This document shows positions 1-10,119 of a DNA stretch of 47,909 nucleotides, one piece after another. Each line of letters starts with the position of its first letter. Position 1 is the first letter of the stretch. The notes below the pieces were generated by a model. The model was not told where the DNA came from. It did not search any database and saw only the letters and a program-made list of their open reading frames with translations. The stretch spans positions 1 through 47,909 of the forward strand of contig CAZVKW010000006.1 of the NCBI GenBank assembly GCA_964627945.1, written 5' to 3'. Made by a program: the position numbers and the translations under genes. The stretch comes from an uncultured Lentimicrobiaceae bacterium (lineage in GTDB: Bacteria > Bacteroidota > Bacteroidia > Bacteroidales > F082).

Positions 1-220
1 TCGCTTTTTCAGATATCAGCCGATAGTATTTTCGGGGAGATCCGGATTCAGGAATGGGTTCAATTAAACTGCAATCAAGTCCAGTAATCTCCTTATAGAG
101 CTTATTTAAAGTCGATTGTATATATTTTAGCAACACTTTTGTTTCAATTTAGAATGAGTACAAATTTATATTTTTTCGCGCTGACCCTGACACTACTACC
201 GAGGTCTGACTGAAAAGATT

Positions 221-228
221 TACTTTTG
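221..228 (+). promoter_or_regulatory. Bacteroidota-type -7 promoter box (TACTTTTG)
   Basis: Exact match to TAnnTTTG, 35 nt upstream of the ATG at 263. No clear -33 TTTG element. Confidence 0.45.
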
Positions 229-262
229 TTGTTTAGCTAGAAATCATTCAAAAATCCTCAAT

Positions 263-769
263 ATGGAATCCAATAAAACTGCAACAGATATTTTGAAAAC
301 TGCTATTTTACTTGAGCGTCGTGGTAAAGCATTTTATACACAGGTTGCCCGCCAGAGTGAAAGTAAATCTGCAAAGAAAATTTTCGAAATGATGGCCGAG
401 GAAGAAGACGCTCACATCAACTTTTTATCGCGTCAGTTTTCGCATTACGAAAAGAGTCATGAATTTCTTCACAACGATATGCAACAGGATGTTGATGAAA
501 GCAATGCGGTGATGATCCTGACAGAAAATATCAAAAAGGAAATTTCAGCCGCAAGTTTTGAAGCAGCAGCAATTTCGGCTGCCATTGATTTCGAAAACCG
601 TGCGATTGAAGTATACTCAAACCGTGCTGCTGAAGCAACTGATGAAAACGAAAAAAGTATGTATCAGATGCTTGCCGATTGGGAAAAAGGTCATCACCAT
701 CTTTTGCATAAGCTCAACGAAGACCTGAAAGAGCAAATATGGAACGATAATAATTTCTGGCCTTTCTAA
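263..769 (+). CDS. ferritin-like / rubrerythrin-family diiron four-helix-bundle protein
   Basis: 168-aa ORF. Two ExxH-bearing helices (MMAEEEDAH and ADWEKGHHH) are spaced as in ferritin-like diiron proteins. The next gene starts 25 nt downstream. Confidence 0.7.
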   Translation: MESNKTATDILKTAILLERRGKAFYTQVARQSESKSAKKIFEMMAEEEDAHINFLSRQFSHYEKSHEFLHNDMQQDVDESNAVMILTENIKKEISAASFEAAAISAAIDFENRAIEVYSNRAAEATDENEKSMYQMLADWEKGHHHLLHKLNEDLKEQIWNDNNFWPF

Positions 770-794
770 CGTATTAAATATCAATATTCTACAA

Positions 795-1976
795 ATGGAA
801 AATACTAATCTGGGTTTCGATTCCCTCGCAGTTCATTCGGGTGCATTGGAAGATTCCCTTGGCAGCGCCGTTTCACCGATTTATCAGACATCAACCTTTA
901 AATTCAGAAATACTGAACACGGAGCGAAATGTTTTTCAGGTGAAGAAGATGGATATATTTATACGCGTATTGGAAATCCAACTATCAAAGAGCTGGAAAA
1001 TGCTGTAGCAAGTCTTGAACATGGTTATGGTGGAATTGCAACTGCTTCCGGAATGGCAGCAGTAAATACAGTTTATCAGACTTTTCTCAGACCGGGAAAA
1101 CATATGATAGGTCATCATTCATTGTATGGTCCTTCGCGAAATGTTATTGAAAATCATTATTCAAAATTCGGAATTGCATCCACATTTATTGATGCAAGCA
1201 ATGTTCAGAATGTAATTGACGCAATTCGCCCTGAAACATCGCTTATTTTTCTTGAAACTCCTTCGAATCCTTCCATTGAAATTACTGATATACAGGAGAT
1301 ATGTAAAATAGCTCACGAACATCATATACCGGTTTGTGTGGATAATACTTTTTGCAGTCCCTATCTTCAGAATCCACTTGATCTGGGGGCCGATATTGTC
1401 TTGCATTCAATGACCAAATTTATCAATGGACATGCTGATATTGTAGCAGGTATGATCGTGACCAAAACCAAGGAGATGTATGATCAGCTCCGACCTATAA
1501 TGGTTATTATGGGCTCGAATATGGATCCTCATCAGGCATGGCTCACACGTCGTGGTTTAAAAACACTCGGAATCCGAATCGAAAGAGCCCAGGAAAATTC
1601 TATTAAAGTTGCTGATTTTCTCGAAGCACATCCAAAAGTCCAATGGGTGAAATATCCCGGTTTGAAATCTCATCCCCAATATGAGTTGGGAAGAAAACAG
1701 ATGCGTGGACCGGGCGCAATGATTAGTTTTGAATTAAAAGGTGGTTTTTCTGCAGGTCAGATCATGATGGATCACGTAAAACTTGCCTTACTAGCTGTCT
1801 CATTGGGTGGAATTGAAACATTAATTCAGCATCCGGCCAGCATGACGCATTCCAAAATGTCAGCATCAGCAAAGATTTCAGCAGGAATCAGCGATGGATT
1901 GGTCAGATTGTCAGTCGGAATCGAAAATGTTGAGGACATTATTCAGGATTTAAGTCAGGCTTTGGACAAGGTGTAA
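795..1976 (+). CDS. Cys/Met-metabolism PLP-dependent enzyme, most like L-methionine gamma-lyase
   Basis: 393 aa. Motifs SPIYQTSTF, GYIYTRIGNPT and ASGMAA are present, with the PLP-lysine motif HSMTKFINGH. The CFSGEEDGYIYTR segment resembles gamma-lyases. Substrate specificity cannot be proven by eye. Confidence 0.8.
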   Translation: MENTNLGFDSLAVHSGALEDSLGSAVSPIYQTSTFKFRNTEHGAKCFSGEEDGYIYTRIGNPTIKELENAVASLEHGYGGIATASGMAAVNTVYQTFLRPGKHMIGHHSLYGPSRNVIENHYSKFGIASTFIDASNVQNVIDAIRPETSLIFLETPSNPSIEITDIQEICKIAHEHHIPVCVDNTFCSPYLQNPLDLGADIVLHSMTKFINGHADIVAGMIVTKTKEMYDQLRPIMVIMGSNMDPHQAWLTRRGLKTLGIRIERAQENSIKVADFLEAHPKVQWVKYPGLKSHPQYELGRKQMRGPGAMISFELKGGFSAGQIMMDHVKLALLAVSLGGIETLIQHPASMTHSKMSASAKISAGISDGLVRLSVGIENVEDIIQDLSQALDKV

Positions 1977-2166
1977 GGATTTGCAATCAAATATCAGATA
2001 GTGAATCCAGTATATACTTTTCAAATATCTGATAATCTGATTTTTAAATAATAGTCCTAAAACTTCGATACGCACCAACTGTTTAAAAATTTCACAATAG
2101 ATAAAACTTTAAATGCATTGATAAACAGGCTTTCTTTGCCGGCCAAATGAAGCTTCAACGAAAATA

Positions 2167-2196
2167 TTTGTTAAGCCGATTAAATTTCTACTTTTG
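2167..2196 (+). promoter_or_regulatory. Bacteroidota-type promoter (-33 TTTG, -7 TACTTTTG)
   Basis: TTTG at 2167-2170 and TACTTTTG at 2189-2196, with an 18-nt spacer. It lies about 90 nt upstream of the ATG at 2286. Confidence 0.5.
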
Positions 2197-2285
2197 CAAA
2201 TCAAATTGTAAATGAACCCATATCAGTTTGTTACGATGTAAATTGTTGACATTCAGATAATTACTAACAACACTATTGTAAGATA

Positions 2286-4361
2286 ATGGAAAATCAAGAA
2301 CTTCAACAACCTGAAAATCAGGTTAGTGCACAATCCGAAGAATTGTCGGAAATTGTTATTAATCAAGCTACTGAAACAGTTGAAACTGTTACACCTGCTC
2401 CCGAGGAAGCCGGGGAAACCCTAATTCTGCCAGTAATTTCTGCAGAAGAAGCAATTATCATCCGTTCTGCTGTTCAACCAGATCGTTTACCGGTGGAAGA
2501 GATGGAATTAGTTGCTGAAGTAGAACAAGTTACTGAAGCAATTATTCAGGAAGAAGAAAAAGTTCCTGAAATACCCATGGTTGAAGAATTACATATTGAT
2601 CCAATCCCACACGAAGCTGAACACGATGTGGAAGAGGAGGATCTGGAGCATGATTATTCAGAGTTGAATAAGTTGCAATTAGTTGAATTACTTGAGGAAA
2701 CAGTTCTTGAAAAAGACGTTGCCAAGATCAAGAATAAAGTTGCTGCCGTAAAGGTTTATTTCCTGAAACTGAACAAGGAAGACATTGAAACTGAATTGGA
2801 ACAGTTTATTGTTGATGGTGGAGATAAAGAGTCATATAATCATGTTGACGACCCGCTTGAGATCAGGTTTAAAGCAGCTTTTAATATTTATAAGGAAAAC
2901 AAAGCCCATCATAATGATCTGCTCGAAAAGCAAAAAGGCGAAAACCTGAAGTTGAAAGCAGCCATTCTTGATGAGTTGAAGAATCTTATTTCTTCTGAAG
3001 AAACGCTGAAAAAGACTTACGACGAATTCAAAGCACTTCAGGATAAATGGAAAGAAATTGGGCAGGTTCCGGCAGGTGAGATTTCAAATCTCTGGAATAC
3101 TTATCATTTTCTTGTAGAGAAATTTTTTGATAAAGTGAAGATCAACCGCGAATTGCGTGATCTTGATCTGAAGAAGAATCTCGAAGCAAAAATCGAGCTT
3201 TGTGAAAAGACAGAGGAATTGCTTCTTGAACCTTCTGTAATCAGATCATTTAAGCTTTTACAGAAATTTCATGAAGACTGGAAAGAGATCGGACCCGTTC
3301 CACAGGATAAAAAGGACGAAGTTTGGGAGCGATTCAAAATAGCAACTGATAAAATCAACGCCATCCGACGCGAACATTATGCCTCCTTACAAGAAGAGCA
3401 AATGAACCATTATCAGGCAAAAATTATTTTATGTGAAAAAACTGAAGAGCTTAATAATGAGGTAGTTGATGGTTTAAATGCTTGGCAGCAAAAATCAAAC
3501 GAAATTGGCGAACTCTTCCGTTTGTGGAAATCAATCGGACAAGCACCTAAAAAGCTAAACGATGAAGTCTGGACCCGTTTCAAAGCCGGTATGGATGTTT
3601 TCTTTGAAAATAAAAAAGAATATTTCGGAAAACTCAAAGAACAGCAACTTGAAAATTATAACCAGAAATTAAGTCTGTGTGCCCAGGCTGAGGCTTTGAA
3701 AGAAAGCAATGAATGGCGCAAAGCGACTGACCAAATCAAAAAACTTCAGGAAGACTGGAAACAGATTGGACCGGTTCCCAGAAGAAATTCTGATAAAATC
3801 TGGAAGAGATTCAGGTCAGCCTGCGATGAATTCTTTAAACACAAAGCCGAACATTTCGATGGAATGCGTGGCCGCGAAGACGAAAATCTTCAGAAAAAAG
3901 AAGAACTTATCAAACAGATTGAAAGTTTTGAAGTAACCCGCGACCGCAATACAAATCTGGCATCGCTGAAAGCATTTCAACGCAGCTGGATGGAAATTGG
4001 TCATGTGCCAATCAAAGTGAAGGATCAGCTTCAGATTACCTATCGCAAGGCCATCGATGAATTATTCGATAAAATGAAACTCACTGAAAAAGAGTTTAAT
4101 GCAAACGAATACCGTTCACATTTCGATCATCCACGGCGTGAATCAGATTCAGGAAATGACAACATCCGTCGTGAACGTACTGCATTGAGTCAGAAGATTC
4201 AGAAGTTGCGTGAAGAGATTGCTTTATGGGAAAATAACATTGGTTTCTTTGCCAACAGCAAACAAGCCGGTATCATGAAAGCTGAATATGAAAAGAAAAT
4301 CAGCAATGCAAAGGATGATCTCAAATTACTGGAAATCAAACAAAAAGCATTGAAAGATTAA
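2286..4361 (+). CDS. DUF349 repeat protein with acidic N-terminal region
   Basis: 691 aa. Five copies of the W-K/M-x-I-G-x-V/A-P ... VW.RF module (KWKEIGQVP, DWKEIGPVP, LWKSIGQAP, DWKQIGPVP, SWMEIGHVP) are characteristic of DUF349. The first ~120 residues are rich in Glu, Val and Pro. Confidence 0.85.
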   Translation: MENQELQQPENQVSAQSEELSEIVINQATETVETVTPAPEEAGETLILPVISAEEAIIIRSAVQPDRLPVEEMELVAEVEQVTEAIIQEEEKVPEIPMVEELHIDPIPHEAEHDVEEEDLEHDYSELNKLQLVELLEETVLEKDVAKIKNKVAAVKVYFLKLNKEDIETELEQFIVDGGDKESYNHVDDPLEIRFKAAFNIYKENKAHHNDLLEKQKGENLKLKAAILDELKNLISSEETLKKTYDEFKALQDKWKEIGQVPAGEISNLWNTYHFLVEKFFDKVKINRELRDLDLKKNLEAKIELCEKTEELLLEPSVIRSFKLLQKFHEDWKEIGPVPQDKKDEVWERFKIATDKINAIRREHYASLQEEQMNHYQAKIILCEKTEELNNEVVDGLNAWQQKSNEIGELFRLWKSIGQAPKKLNDEVWTRFKAGMDVFFENKKEYFGKLKEQQLENYNQKLSLCAQAEALKESNEWRKATDQIKKLQEDWKQIGPVPRRNSDKIWKRFRSACDEFFKHKAEHFDGMRGREDENLQKKEELIKQIESFEVTRDRNTNLASLKAFQRSWMEIGHVPIKVKDQLQITYRKAIDELFDKMKLTEKEFNANEYRSHFDHPRRESDSGNDNIRRERTALSQKIQKLREEIALWENNIGFFANSKQAGIMKAEYEKKISNAKDDLKLLEIKQKALKD

Positions 4362-4374
4362 CATCATAATATCA

Positions 4375-4415
4375 AATAAAAAAAGGTCGCTTCTTTCGGA
4401 GCGACCTTTTTTTTT
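4375..4415. terminator. bidirectional rho-independent terminator
   Basis: Stem GGTCGCT (4385-4391) pairs with AGCGACC (4400-4406). It is flanked by an A7 run upstream and a T9 run downstream. It lies between convergent genes and overlaps the stop codon of the minus-strand gene. Confidence 0.85.
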
Positions 4416-5013
4416 ATTTGAGTTTAAACCACCGGGCAGTGATACTTTTGGCGCGTTTGTCGCATTTATCACTTATCTTATTGAATACCAGGTCATCTTC
4501 CATAATACTGAATGAATATTGACCTGGTTCAGTGCCACATGCATCATCTTTACCGGTAGCAATGAAAGTAATGTTCTTGTCTTTAACAACGAAATGTCCG
4601 TTTAAAGGTTTGATCTTTTCAACAGAAGGAAAATCAATGAGATATGTTTCGTTTTCAAGACTAAGCATGGCTCCGTTTGAAGTACTCACCCAGGTTCCAT
4701 CGATCGAACTTTTGGAATAATTCCGTGATTTATTCTCGGAAACCTCTTTTTCATCTGATACAGCTGATATTGACTTTGATTGTCCGGTTTGCTGATCAGG
4801 TGTCAGCTCATTCGTGGTTTTTATGGGGTCAATGATAGCGACTTCTTTGAATTCAGGGGCTGATTTACGATCATTCTTAATATAGAAATAGCTGATCGAC
4901 AATGCTATAGCAGCTAAAACGATAATACTAATGATGACCAGAACCAAGGTACGGCCTAATCCACCTTTCTTTTTTTTACTTGCTGTCGGAGATGTTTTTC
5001 GACGGGTAGCCAT
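4414..5013 (-). CDS. hypothetical membrane-anchored protein
   Basis: 199 aa. It has a basic N-terminus (TRRKTSPTASKKKKGG), then one hydrophobic helix (LVLVIISIIVLAAIALSISYF), then a soluble C-terminal domain. No family recognised. Confidence 0.6.
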   Translation of the reverse strand: MATRRKTSPTASKKKKGGLGRTLVLVIISIIVLAAIALSISYFYIKNDRKSAPEFKEVAIIDPIKTTNELTPDQQTGQSKSISAVSDEKEVSENKSRNYSKSSIDGTWVSTSNGAMLSLENETYLIDFPSVEKIKPLNGHFVVKDKNITFIATGKDDACGTEPGQYSFSIMEDDLVFNKISDKCDKRAKSITARWFKLK

Positions 5014-5195
5014 GATATGTTTTTGCGGTGAAATTACAAATAATCTCTTCGGAATGTCATATTTCTGTTGATTTCTGAATTTACATTTTCAAAATAGATA
5101 TGTCTGGAATGTTTGATCTGACTGGATTCTAGGTTGTTCCAGTCCTTTATAAACTTAAATTTTCATATAAACACACAACCAAGGCTTTGAGTCAC

Positions 5196-5203
5196 TAATT
5201 TTG
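5196..5203 (+). promoter_or_regulatory. -7 promoter box (TAATTTTG)
   Basis: Exact TAnnTTTG match 26 nt upstream of the guaA ATG. Confidence 0.45.
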
Positions 5204-5228
5204 CAGCAACAAATCCCTGAAATACTGC

Positions 5229-6761
5229 ATGCAACAGGAAACTATACTTATACTCGATTTTGGTTCACAATACACACAGTTGATTGCCCGTCGTGTTCGT
5301 GAACTCAATGTTTATTGTGAAATACATCCGTTTAATCATTTTCCGGAAATTAGTTCTTCCATCAAAGGAGTTATACTTTCTGGCAGCCCATTTTCGGTTA
5401 GGGATTCACAATCTCCAGTACCTGATTTGAAAGATATCCGTAAAAAGGTTCCTTTGCTCGGTGTTTGTTATGGAGCCCAGTTTCTGGCATATTCTGAAGG
5501 TGGAAATGTTGAGCCTTCACAGATCAGGGAATATGGTCGCGCCAATCTTGGGTTTGTCGACAACGAATCTCCACTGTTAAAAAATGTACCTTCCGGTTCA
5601 CAGGTTTGGATGTCTCACGGCGATACCATTCTTAATATACCTCCTGATTTTAAGGTAATTGCATCTACACATGATGTTCCTGTTGGCGGTTTTTCAATAC
5701 AAAATGAGGATACCTACGGAATTCAGTTCCACCCCGAAGTTTATCATTCTACTGACGGAATGACTATTCTCAAGAATTTTGTTGTTGATATCTGTGATTG
5801 TAAACAAGACTGGACTCCCGATTCATTTATTGAAATGACGGTTCAGTATCTTCGCGATAAAATTGGAACTGATAAAGTTGTACTTGGATTGAGTGGTGGA
5901 GTTGATTCATCAGTTGTCGCGGTTTTATTGCATAAAGCAATTGGTAATCAGTTGTTTTGCATTTTCGTTGACAATGGGTTATTGCGAAAAAATGAATTTG
6001 AACGCGTAATCCATTCCTATCTTGATCTGGGTTTAAATGTCAAGGGAGTTGATGCCCGTGAACGTTTTCTCACAGCTTTGGATGGAATTACTGAACCAGA
6101 AGCAAAACGTAAGGCAATCGGCAATACTTTTATTGAAGTATTTGATACTGAGGCGCATCGTATTCAGGATGTAATCTGGCTTGCGCAGGGTACAATCTAT
6201 CCCGATGTTATTGAATCCGTTTCAGTTAAAGGTCCGTCCGCAACAATAAAGTCACATCATAATGTTGGAGGCCTACCTGATTTCATGAAGCTAAAGGTAG
6301 TTGAGCCATTGAATACCCTGTTTAAGGATGAAGTCAGGATTGTTGGACGTCAGCTTGGATTGCCATCTTTTATCATTGACCGGCATCCTTTTCCCGGACC
6401 TGGTTTAGGAATCCGGATTTTGGGCGACATAACTGCTGAGAAAGTACGAATTCTACAGGAGGTTGATGATATATATATCAATGGTCTGATTGATAATGAT
6501 TTATACCACAAAGTTTGGCAGGCTGCCGCGATATTGTTACCAGTTCAATCCGTCGGTGTGATGGGTGATGAAAGAACATATGAAAATGTTGTAGCTTTAC
6601 GAGCAGTAAATTCGACTGATGGTATGACTGCTGACTGGTCACATCTTCCGTATGAATTTCTGGCAAAGGTTTCAAATGATATAATTAACAAAGTAAAAGG
6701 GGTCAATAGAGTTGTATACGACATCAGCTCCAAACCTCCAGCCACAATAGAATGGGAGTAA
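5229..6761 (+). CDS. guaA: GMP synthase (glutamine-hydrolysing)
   Basis: 510 aa. N-terminal class-I amidotransferase domain (GVCYGAQ, HPEV), PP-loop motif GLSGGVDSS, and the conserved C-terminus KPPATIEWE. Confidence 0.97.
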   Translation: MQQETILILDFGSQYTQLIARRVRELNVYCEIHPFNHFPEISSSIKGVILSGSPFSVRDSQSPVPDLKDIRKKVPLLGVCYGAQFLAYSEGGNVEPSQIREYGRANLGFVDNESPLLKNVPSGSQVWMSHGDTILNIPPDFKVIASTHDVPVGGFSIQNEDTYGIQFHPEVYHSTDGMTILKNFVVDICDCKQDWTPDSFIEMTVQYLRDKIGTDKVVLGLSGGVDSSVVAVLLHKAIGNQLFCIFVDNGLLRKNEFERVIHSYLDLGLNVKGVDARERFLTALDGITEPEAKRKAIGNTFIEVFDTEAHRIQDVIWLAQGTIYPDVIESVSVKGPSATIKSHHNVGGLPDFMKLKVVEPLNTLFKDEVRIVGRQLGLPSFIIDRHPFPGPGLGIRILGDITAEKVRILQEVDDIYINGLIDNDLYHKVWQAAAILLPVQSVGVMGDERTYENVVALRAVNSTDGMTADWSHLPYEFLAKVSNDIINKVKGVNRVVYDISSKPPATIEWE

Positions 6762-6789
6762 TAGTCTGATAATCAAATATTCAATTTCA

Positions 6790-9450
6790 ATGTTGAAGAT
6801 TTTAAGATTTTTGTTGCTTTATATCAGTTTCAGCACTTGCTTTGTAGCGATGGCTGAAATTCAGGTTCCTGTTGAAGTTTCTCAGCTTATTGAGCAATAC
6901 AACGGTAAGAATTATTATCTGCATACTGTTGAATCAAAACAGACCATTTATGCGATTTCTAGGGCATATCAGGTAACTCCGGAATCTATTTTAATCTCGA
7001 ATCCTGCAGCCCGTCATGGGATCAGAATTAATCAGGTACTTCGCATTCCTGTGGGTACAATAACAAATCAGGCTGAAACAAAGAAAATTCCTGAAAACGA
7101 TAATCAGCCACCCATTCTCAAGGAATATGATTACATCTATCATGTTTCAACCAACAACGACCGTTTTAGCTATATTGCTGATATCTACCTGGTTTCCGAA
7201 TCCAGTATCCGTCAGGCAAATCCAAATCTGACTGAGCCAATTAATGGTGGTGTTTATGTAAAGGTTCCGATTTCGCTGAAAGATAAAAATCCTTTGGTTG
7301 CTGAATCAGAATTTAAAAGGAATAACTATGATCCTTATGTTGATCCTTCACCCAAAAAAGAAGGCAAAGGCAGCAGCAGACTTGAAGCCGTCCAGTCAAG
7401 TCAGCCCGATAAAGTTCAGATGGTAAATCCTTTTGAGAATCAGAATAAAAGCGTGCTTCCTGAACCCAAAAAAGCAAAACCGGCTGAGCCATTAAAACCT
7501 GAAGTGAAACAACATGTTGTTAAACCAAAAGAAACAGTTTATTCTATTGCCAAGTCATATAATCTTGGTATTGAAGCACTTCAGAAAGCAAATCCGGGAA
7601 TTGAAAAAGGTCTGCTTTCAGGTCAGGTTCTCGTTATACCCGAGCTAAGCATTGATCAATCAAAACCAGTTATTCCTTCAGAAACAATAGTTGACAGTAA
7701 AACCGAAAGTAATCGAGCTAACGAAGTTGATTTACCTGAAAAAGACTCGATTATCCGGTATACAGTGAAGAAAAGTGAGACATTGTATAGCTTGTCGAGA
7801 AATAATGCTGTGAGTATAGAGGAGTTGAAAAAACTCAATCCCGGACTCACAGAATCCATAAAAGTCGGCCAGATAATCCTGATCCCGAAAAAAAAAATTG
7901 AATCTCCGTTTATAAGTCACGAAGTATTCAGGGAACAGAAAAGTTCGCAGCTGGCGAAAGATTTTGGAATTTCGCTTGATCGGCTGGAAAGATCCAATCC
8001 CGGAATTGGCAGCAGGGTATTTCCCGGTCAGATTGTGAAAATCCCGATCGCTGATAATTTAAGGCCTTCCACACTAGTTTCAGAAGCTACAGTTGCTTCA
8101 GAAAGTATTGATAATGTGCAATATGAAGATGAGCCTAGTCATCAAAAATCAGATATTTTATTTCATTCATCGGGTTCAAAACAACAGTATCATGTTAGTT
8201 TACTGCTGCCCTTATACCTCGAAAAAGCTGACAGTTTAACATATTCATCAAACGTGAATCCCACTACTTTTGAGGCGCTTCAACCATTTCAGTTCATTCA
8301 ATTCTACGAAGGATTCTTAATCGCGCTTGATTCTCTTGCAAAAGTACAGGGATTAAAAGTCGAACTCTCTGTCTTTGATATTGATCAGGATCAGGCAAAA
8401 CTAACGAAAGTGCTAAAAGATCCACAGCTTGTTAAAAGCGATTTGATTATCGGGCCATTTTTTGCCAGTGCTTTTGAGAAAGTTGCAGCATTTGCCCTGG
8501 AACATCAAATTCCAATAGTGAACCCGATGTCACCAAGACAGGAAATTATCAGGAATAATCCTTTTGTTATAAAAGTTAAACCTGGAGAACAGTATCAATA
8601 TGAACAACTTGCGAAATTTGTAACAAGTTATTATCCATCTGCAAAAGTTTTTCTTTTCAGGGCGAATTCATCAAAGTTTAAAAATGAATCAAGTTTGTTG
8701 CAAACTGAACTGAATCGTATGATACCTCCGTCGGTTATGGTAGCCAATTCCGATATTATGGATGTGATTACAAAAAGGAGTATTATGCGCAGGATGCCTG
8801 AAAATGAATATATTTCATCGGTTATAATTGACGGTCAGAAGTTGATTACACATAATATTCAAAATTCAATTTTCGATAGTACGGCTTTTGCTAATCCGGT
8901 TACAGAGTTTTTTTACAGTGCTGACAGTATTCGATCATTCAGTCGAAAAGCTTCGGTTGTGCGACCAAATGTGGTTATCGCTTTTGCTGACGACAATGTT
9001 TTTGCCATGGAATTTGTGAATAAAATAAATCAGGTTACCGATACTTTTAATGTGAAAATGATTGGAATTCCGGCCTGGGACCGGTTTACAAATCTGTTTA
9101 TTGATCCTTTGGTTAAGATGAACACAACTTTTGTTGAGCCAAACAGGATCAATTACAATGATGCTGATGTATTGGTGTTCAGAACGCAGTTCAGAAATCG
9201 TTTTGGTTTTGAGCCCGAATTATATGCTTTTGAAGGCTTCGATATTGGATATTATTTCCTTGAGTCTTTGATGAAGTTTGGAAACGGAATTCCTGAAGGA
9301 ATAACTCATTTTGGAAAGAAAATGCTCCAAACTCAGTATTATTTTGCTCGCCCGCTTTCAAATAACGGAATCGAAAATCGCTACTGGAATTTTGGTCGAC
9401 ATGCTGATTATCAGTATGTTCCATTGAGAAACACTTTTTTCAATGAGTGA
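6790..9450 (+). CDS. secreted protein with five LysM domains plus a type-1 periplasmic-binding-protein-like domain
   Basis: 886 aa with a signal peptide. Five LysM-like units each end in a ..G..h.IP pattern (for example HVVKPKETVYSIAKSYNLGIEALQKANPG...GQVLVIP). The C-terminal ~430 aa resemble the Leu/Ile/Val-binding (PBP1) fold family. Confidence 0.75.
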   Translation: MLKILRFLLLYISFSTCFVAMAEIQVPVEVSQLIEQYNGKNYYLHTVESKQTIYAISRAYQVTPESILISNPAARHGIRINQVLRIPVGTITNQAETKKIPENDNQPPILKEYDYIYHVSTNNDRFSYIADIYLVSESSIRQANPNLTEPINGGVYVKVPISLKDKNPLVAESEFKRNNYDPYVDPSPKKEGKGSSRLEAVQSSQPDKVQMVNPFENQNKSVLPEPKKAKPAEPLKPEVKQHVVKPKETVYSIAKSYNLGIEALQKANPGIEKGLLSGQVLVIPELSIDQSKPVIPSETIVDSKTESNRANEVDLPEKDSIIRYTVKKSETLYSLSRNNAVSIEELKKLNPGLTESIKVGQIILIPKKKIESPFISHEVFREQKSSQLAKDFGISLDRLERSNPGIGSRVFPGQIVKIPIADNLRPSTLVSEATVASESIDNVQYEDEPSHQKSDILFHSSGSKQQYHVSLLLPLYLEKADSLTYSSNVNPTTFEALQPFQFIQFYEGFLIALDSLAKVQGLKVELSVFDIDQDQAKLTKVLKDPQLVKSDLIIGPFFASAFEKVAAFALEHQIPIVNPMSPRQEIIRNNPFVIKVKPGEQYQYEQLAKFVTSYYPSAKVFLFRANSSKFKNESSLLQTELNRMIPPSVMVANSDIMDVITKRSIMRRMPENEYISSVIIDGQKLITHNIQNSIFDSTAFANPVTEFFYSADSIRSFSRKASVVRPNVVIAFADDNVFAMEFVNKINQVTDTFNVKMIGIPAWDRFTNLFIDPLVKMNTTFVEPNRINYNDADVLVFRTQFRNRFGFEPELYAFEGFDIGYYFLESLMKFGNGIPEGITHFGKKMLQTQYYFARPLSNNGIENRYWNFGRHADYQYVPLRNTFFNE

Positions 9451-9468
9451 TCTATTTTGCATTTTCAT

Positions 9469-10119
9469 ATGAATTTACGAAAATTTTCTTACTTACTTTT
9501 CACGATTTTGATTTTTTGGTCTTGTAATCAGGCCAAAAGATCTGAGTGGGAAAATGGTAATACAAAATCAGTTTTGCAATATCGCGATGGAAAACTGAAT
9601 GGAAAATGCGAATGGTATTTTGAAAGTGGAAAAATCAGTCAATCAGTAACTTATCTAGATAACCAGTTGGAAGGAGAGATGATTCAATATCACGAAAATG
9701 GAACTGTTTCGATGATAGGTTATTATCGTAATAATTTGAAAGACAGCCTTTTTACTTATTTTAACCCTTCAGGAAAGATTGTTACTATCGAAAATTACCA
9801 GAAGGATAGTTTACACGGTCCATTTAAACGATTTTATGAATCAGGCCCATTAATGCTTGAAGGAATCTACAATTCTCAACAAATGGATGGAGTCTGGCTA
9901 TTTTACAAAGTTTCGGGCGAAATTACGGGTAAAGGAGAATTTGTAAACGGTAATGGTATTCAGAAATCATGGTTTCCAAATGGCAAAATTCAAAGGATAA
10001 TCCATTATAAGAACAGTCTGAAAGAAGGAAGAGACGAGTATTACACCGATGATGGAAAACTCGCCTCTGTCCGTATGTTTGAAAAAGGGATTCAGATTTC
10101 TGAACAAATCCCGGATTGA
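9469..10119 (+). CDS. MORN-variant repeat lipoprotein (YwqK-family naming)
   Basis: Repeated G.x.EW/Y.ESGK and NG-K-G units are typical of MORN variant repeats. A lipobox-like FWSC is present. I prefer the ATG at 9469 over the TTG at 9457 given in the ORF track. Confidence 0.7.
   Translation: MNLRKFSYLLFTILIFWSCNQAKRSEWENGNTKSVLQYRDGKLNGKCEWYFESGKISQSVTYLDNQLEGEMIQYHENGTVSMIGYYRNNLKDSLFTYFNPSGKIVTIENYQKDSLHGPFKRFYESGPLMLEGIYNSQQMDGVWLFYKVSGEITGKGEFVNGNGIQKSWFPNGKIQRIIHYKNSLKEGRDEYYTDDGKLASVRMFEKGIQISEQIPD

Noticed and set aside
1-136. Minus-strand open frame from GTG 136 / TTG 133 to the left window edge, translating as (M)LLKYIQSTLNKLYKEITGLDCSLIEPIPESGSPRKYYRLISEKA...
   Set aside because: Only about 45 codons are visible, the start is non-ATG, and no family can be assigned. 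It may be the start of a real gene, but I cannot support it.
1987-2034. A 14-nt near-identical repeat (TCAAATATCAGATA / TCAAATATCTGATA) that can also pair as a 9-bp AT-rich hairpin, followed by TTTTT downstream of the gamma-lyase-like gene.
   Set aside because: The stem has only two G-C pairs and a loop of about 25 nt. It is too weak to call a terminator or a repeat element with confidence.
9457-10119. The 'YwqK-family antitoxin' label, taken as a hint of a toxin-antitoxin system.
   Set aside because: The protein is a signal-peptide or lipoprotein MORN-repeat protein and has no adjacent toxin-like partner. The family name alone is not evidence for a toxin-antitoxin module here.
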